A DNA stretch of 27,981 bases. Source: Bdellovibrionia bacterium (GTDB lineage Bacteria > Bdellovibrionota > UBA1018). Below the pieces are notes generated by a model. That model was not told the DNA's origin and searched no databases. It saw only the letters and a program-made list of their open reading frames with translations. The position numbers were made by a program, and so were the translations under genes. Positions within the stretch are counted from its first letter, which is position 1. Each line of letters starts with the position of its first letter. Location: NCBI GenBank assembly GCA_045805065.1, contig JBJMMA010000064.1:1-27981 (forward strand). The letters are read 5' to 3'. This document shows, piece after piece, positions 25,950 to 27,981 of the stretch.

Positions 25950-25988
25950 GATTTATCACGCTAAGCGTTAAATCTACGTAAATCTCGG

Positions 25989-26024
25989 GAAGGAGGGCGA
26001 AATTCGTCCTCCTTCTTGACTTTT
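25989..26024 (+). terminator. Probable intrinsic terminator
   Basis: Stem GAAGGAGGGCGA / TCGTCCTCCTTC (one G-U pair), 3-nt loop, followed by TTGACTTTT. Confidence 0.7.
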
Positions 26025-26073
26025 AGGGCCCCCCGCGAGACACCCTTACGGTCTTTCCGGACGAGGAACGCCC

Positions 26074-27981
<1,908 letters not shown>

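Overview
Gene-dense bacterial window of moderate GC. Gene content and order suggest Bdellovibrionota/Oligoflexia or another deltaproteobacteria-like lineage (inference, not verified). Most of it is a housekeeping backbone: a two-component pair, a minus-strand ftsE-ftsX-envC-ctpA-xseA-M23-SH3 run, tolQ-tolR-tolA...tolB, a thiolase, a GAF-sigma54 activator, a class V aminotransferase and the 5' part of purA. The best candidate for an undescribed system is the block at 1865-6870. It has two paralogous exported proteins with an unusual HEARHSDGH zinc motif and shared Cys pattern, flanking a membrane-anchored helical partner. These converge on a vWA lipoprotein with a Pro/Thr stalk, and both units carry a GACTA-N3-TAGTC palindrome upstream. 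Other oddities: a GT-C glycosyltransferase-like gene between tolA and tolB, a His-less Hpt-like gene where pal usually lies, a degenerate CPBP protein, an exported PLD next to an exported FCP1/NIF-like HAD phosphatase, and several genes that look leaderless. No rRNA, tRNA, CRISPR array or mobile element was seen. All calls come from motif reading by eye; no searches were run.
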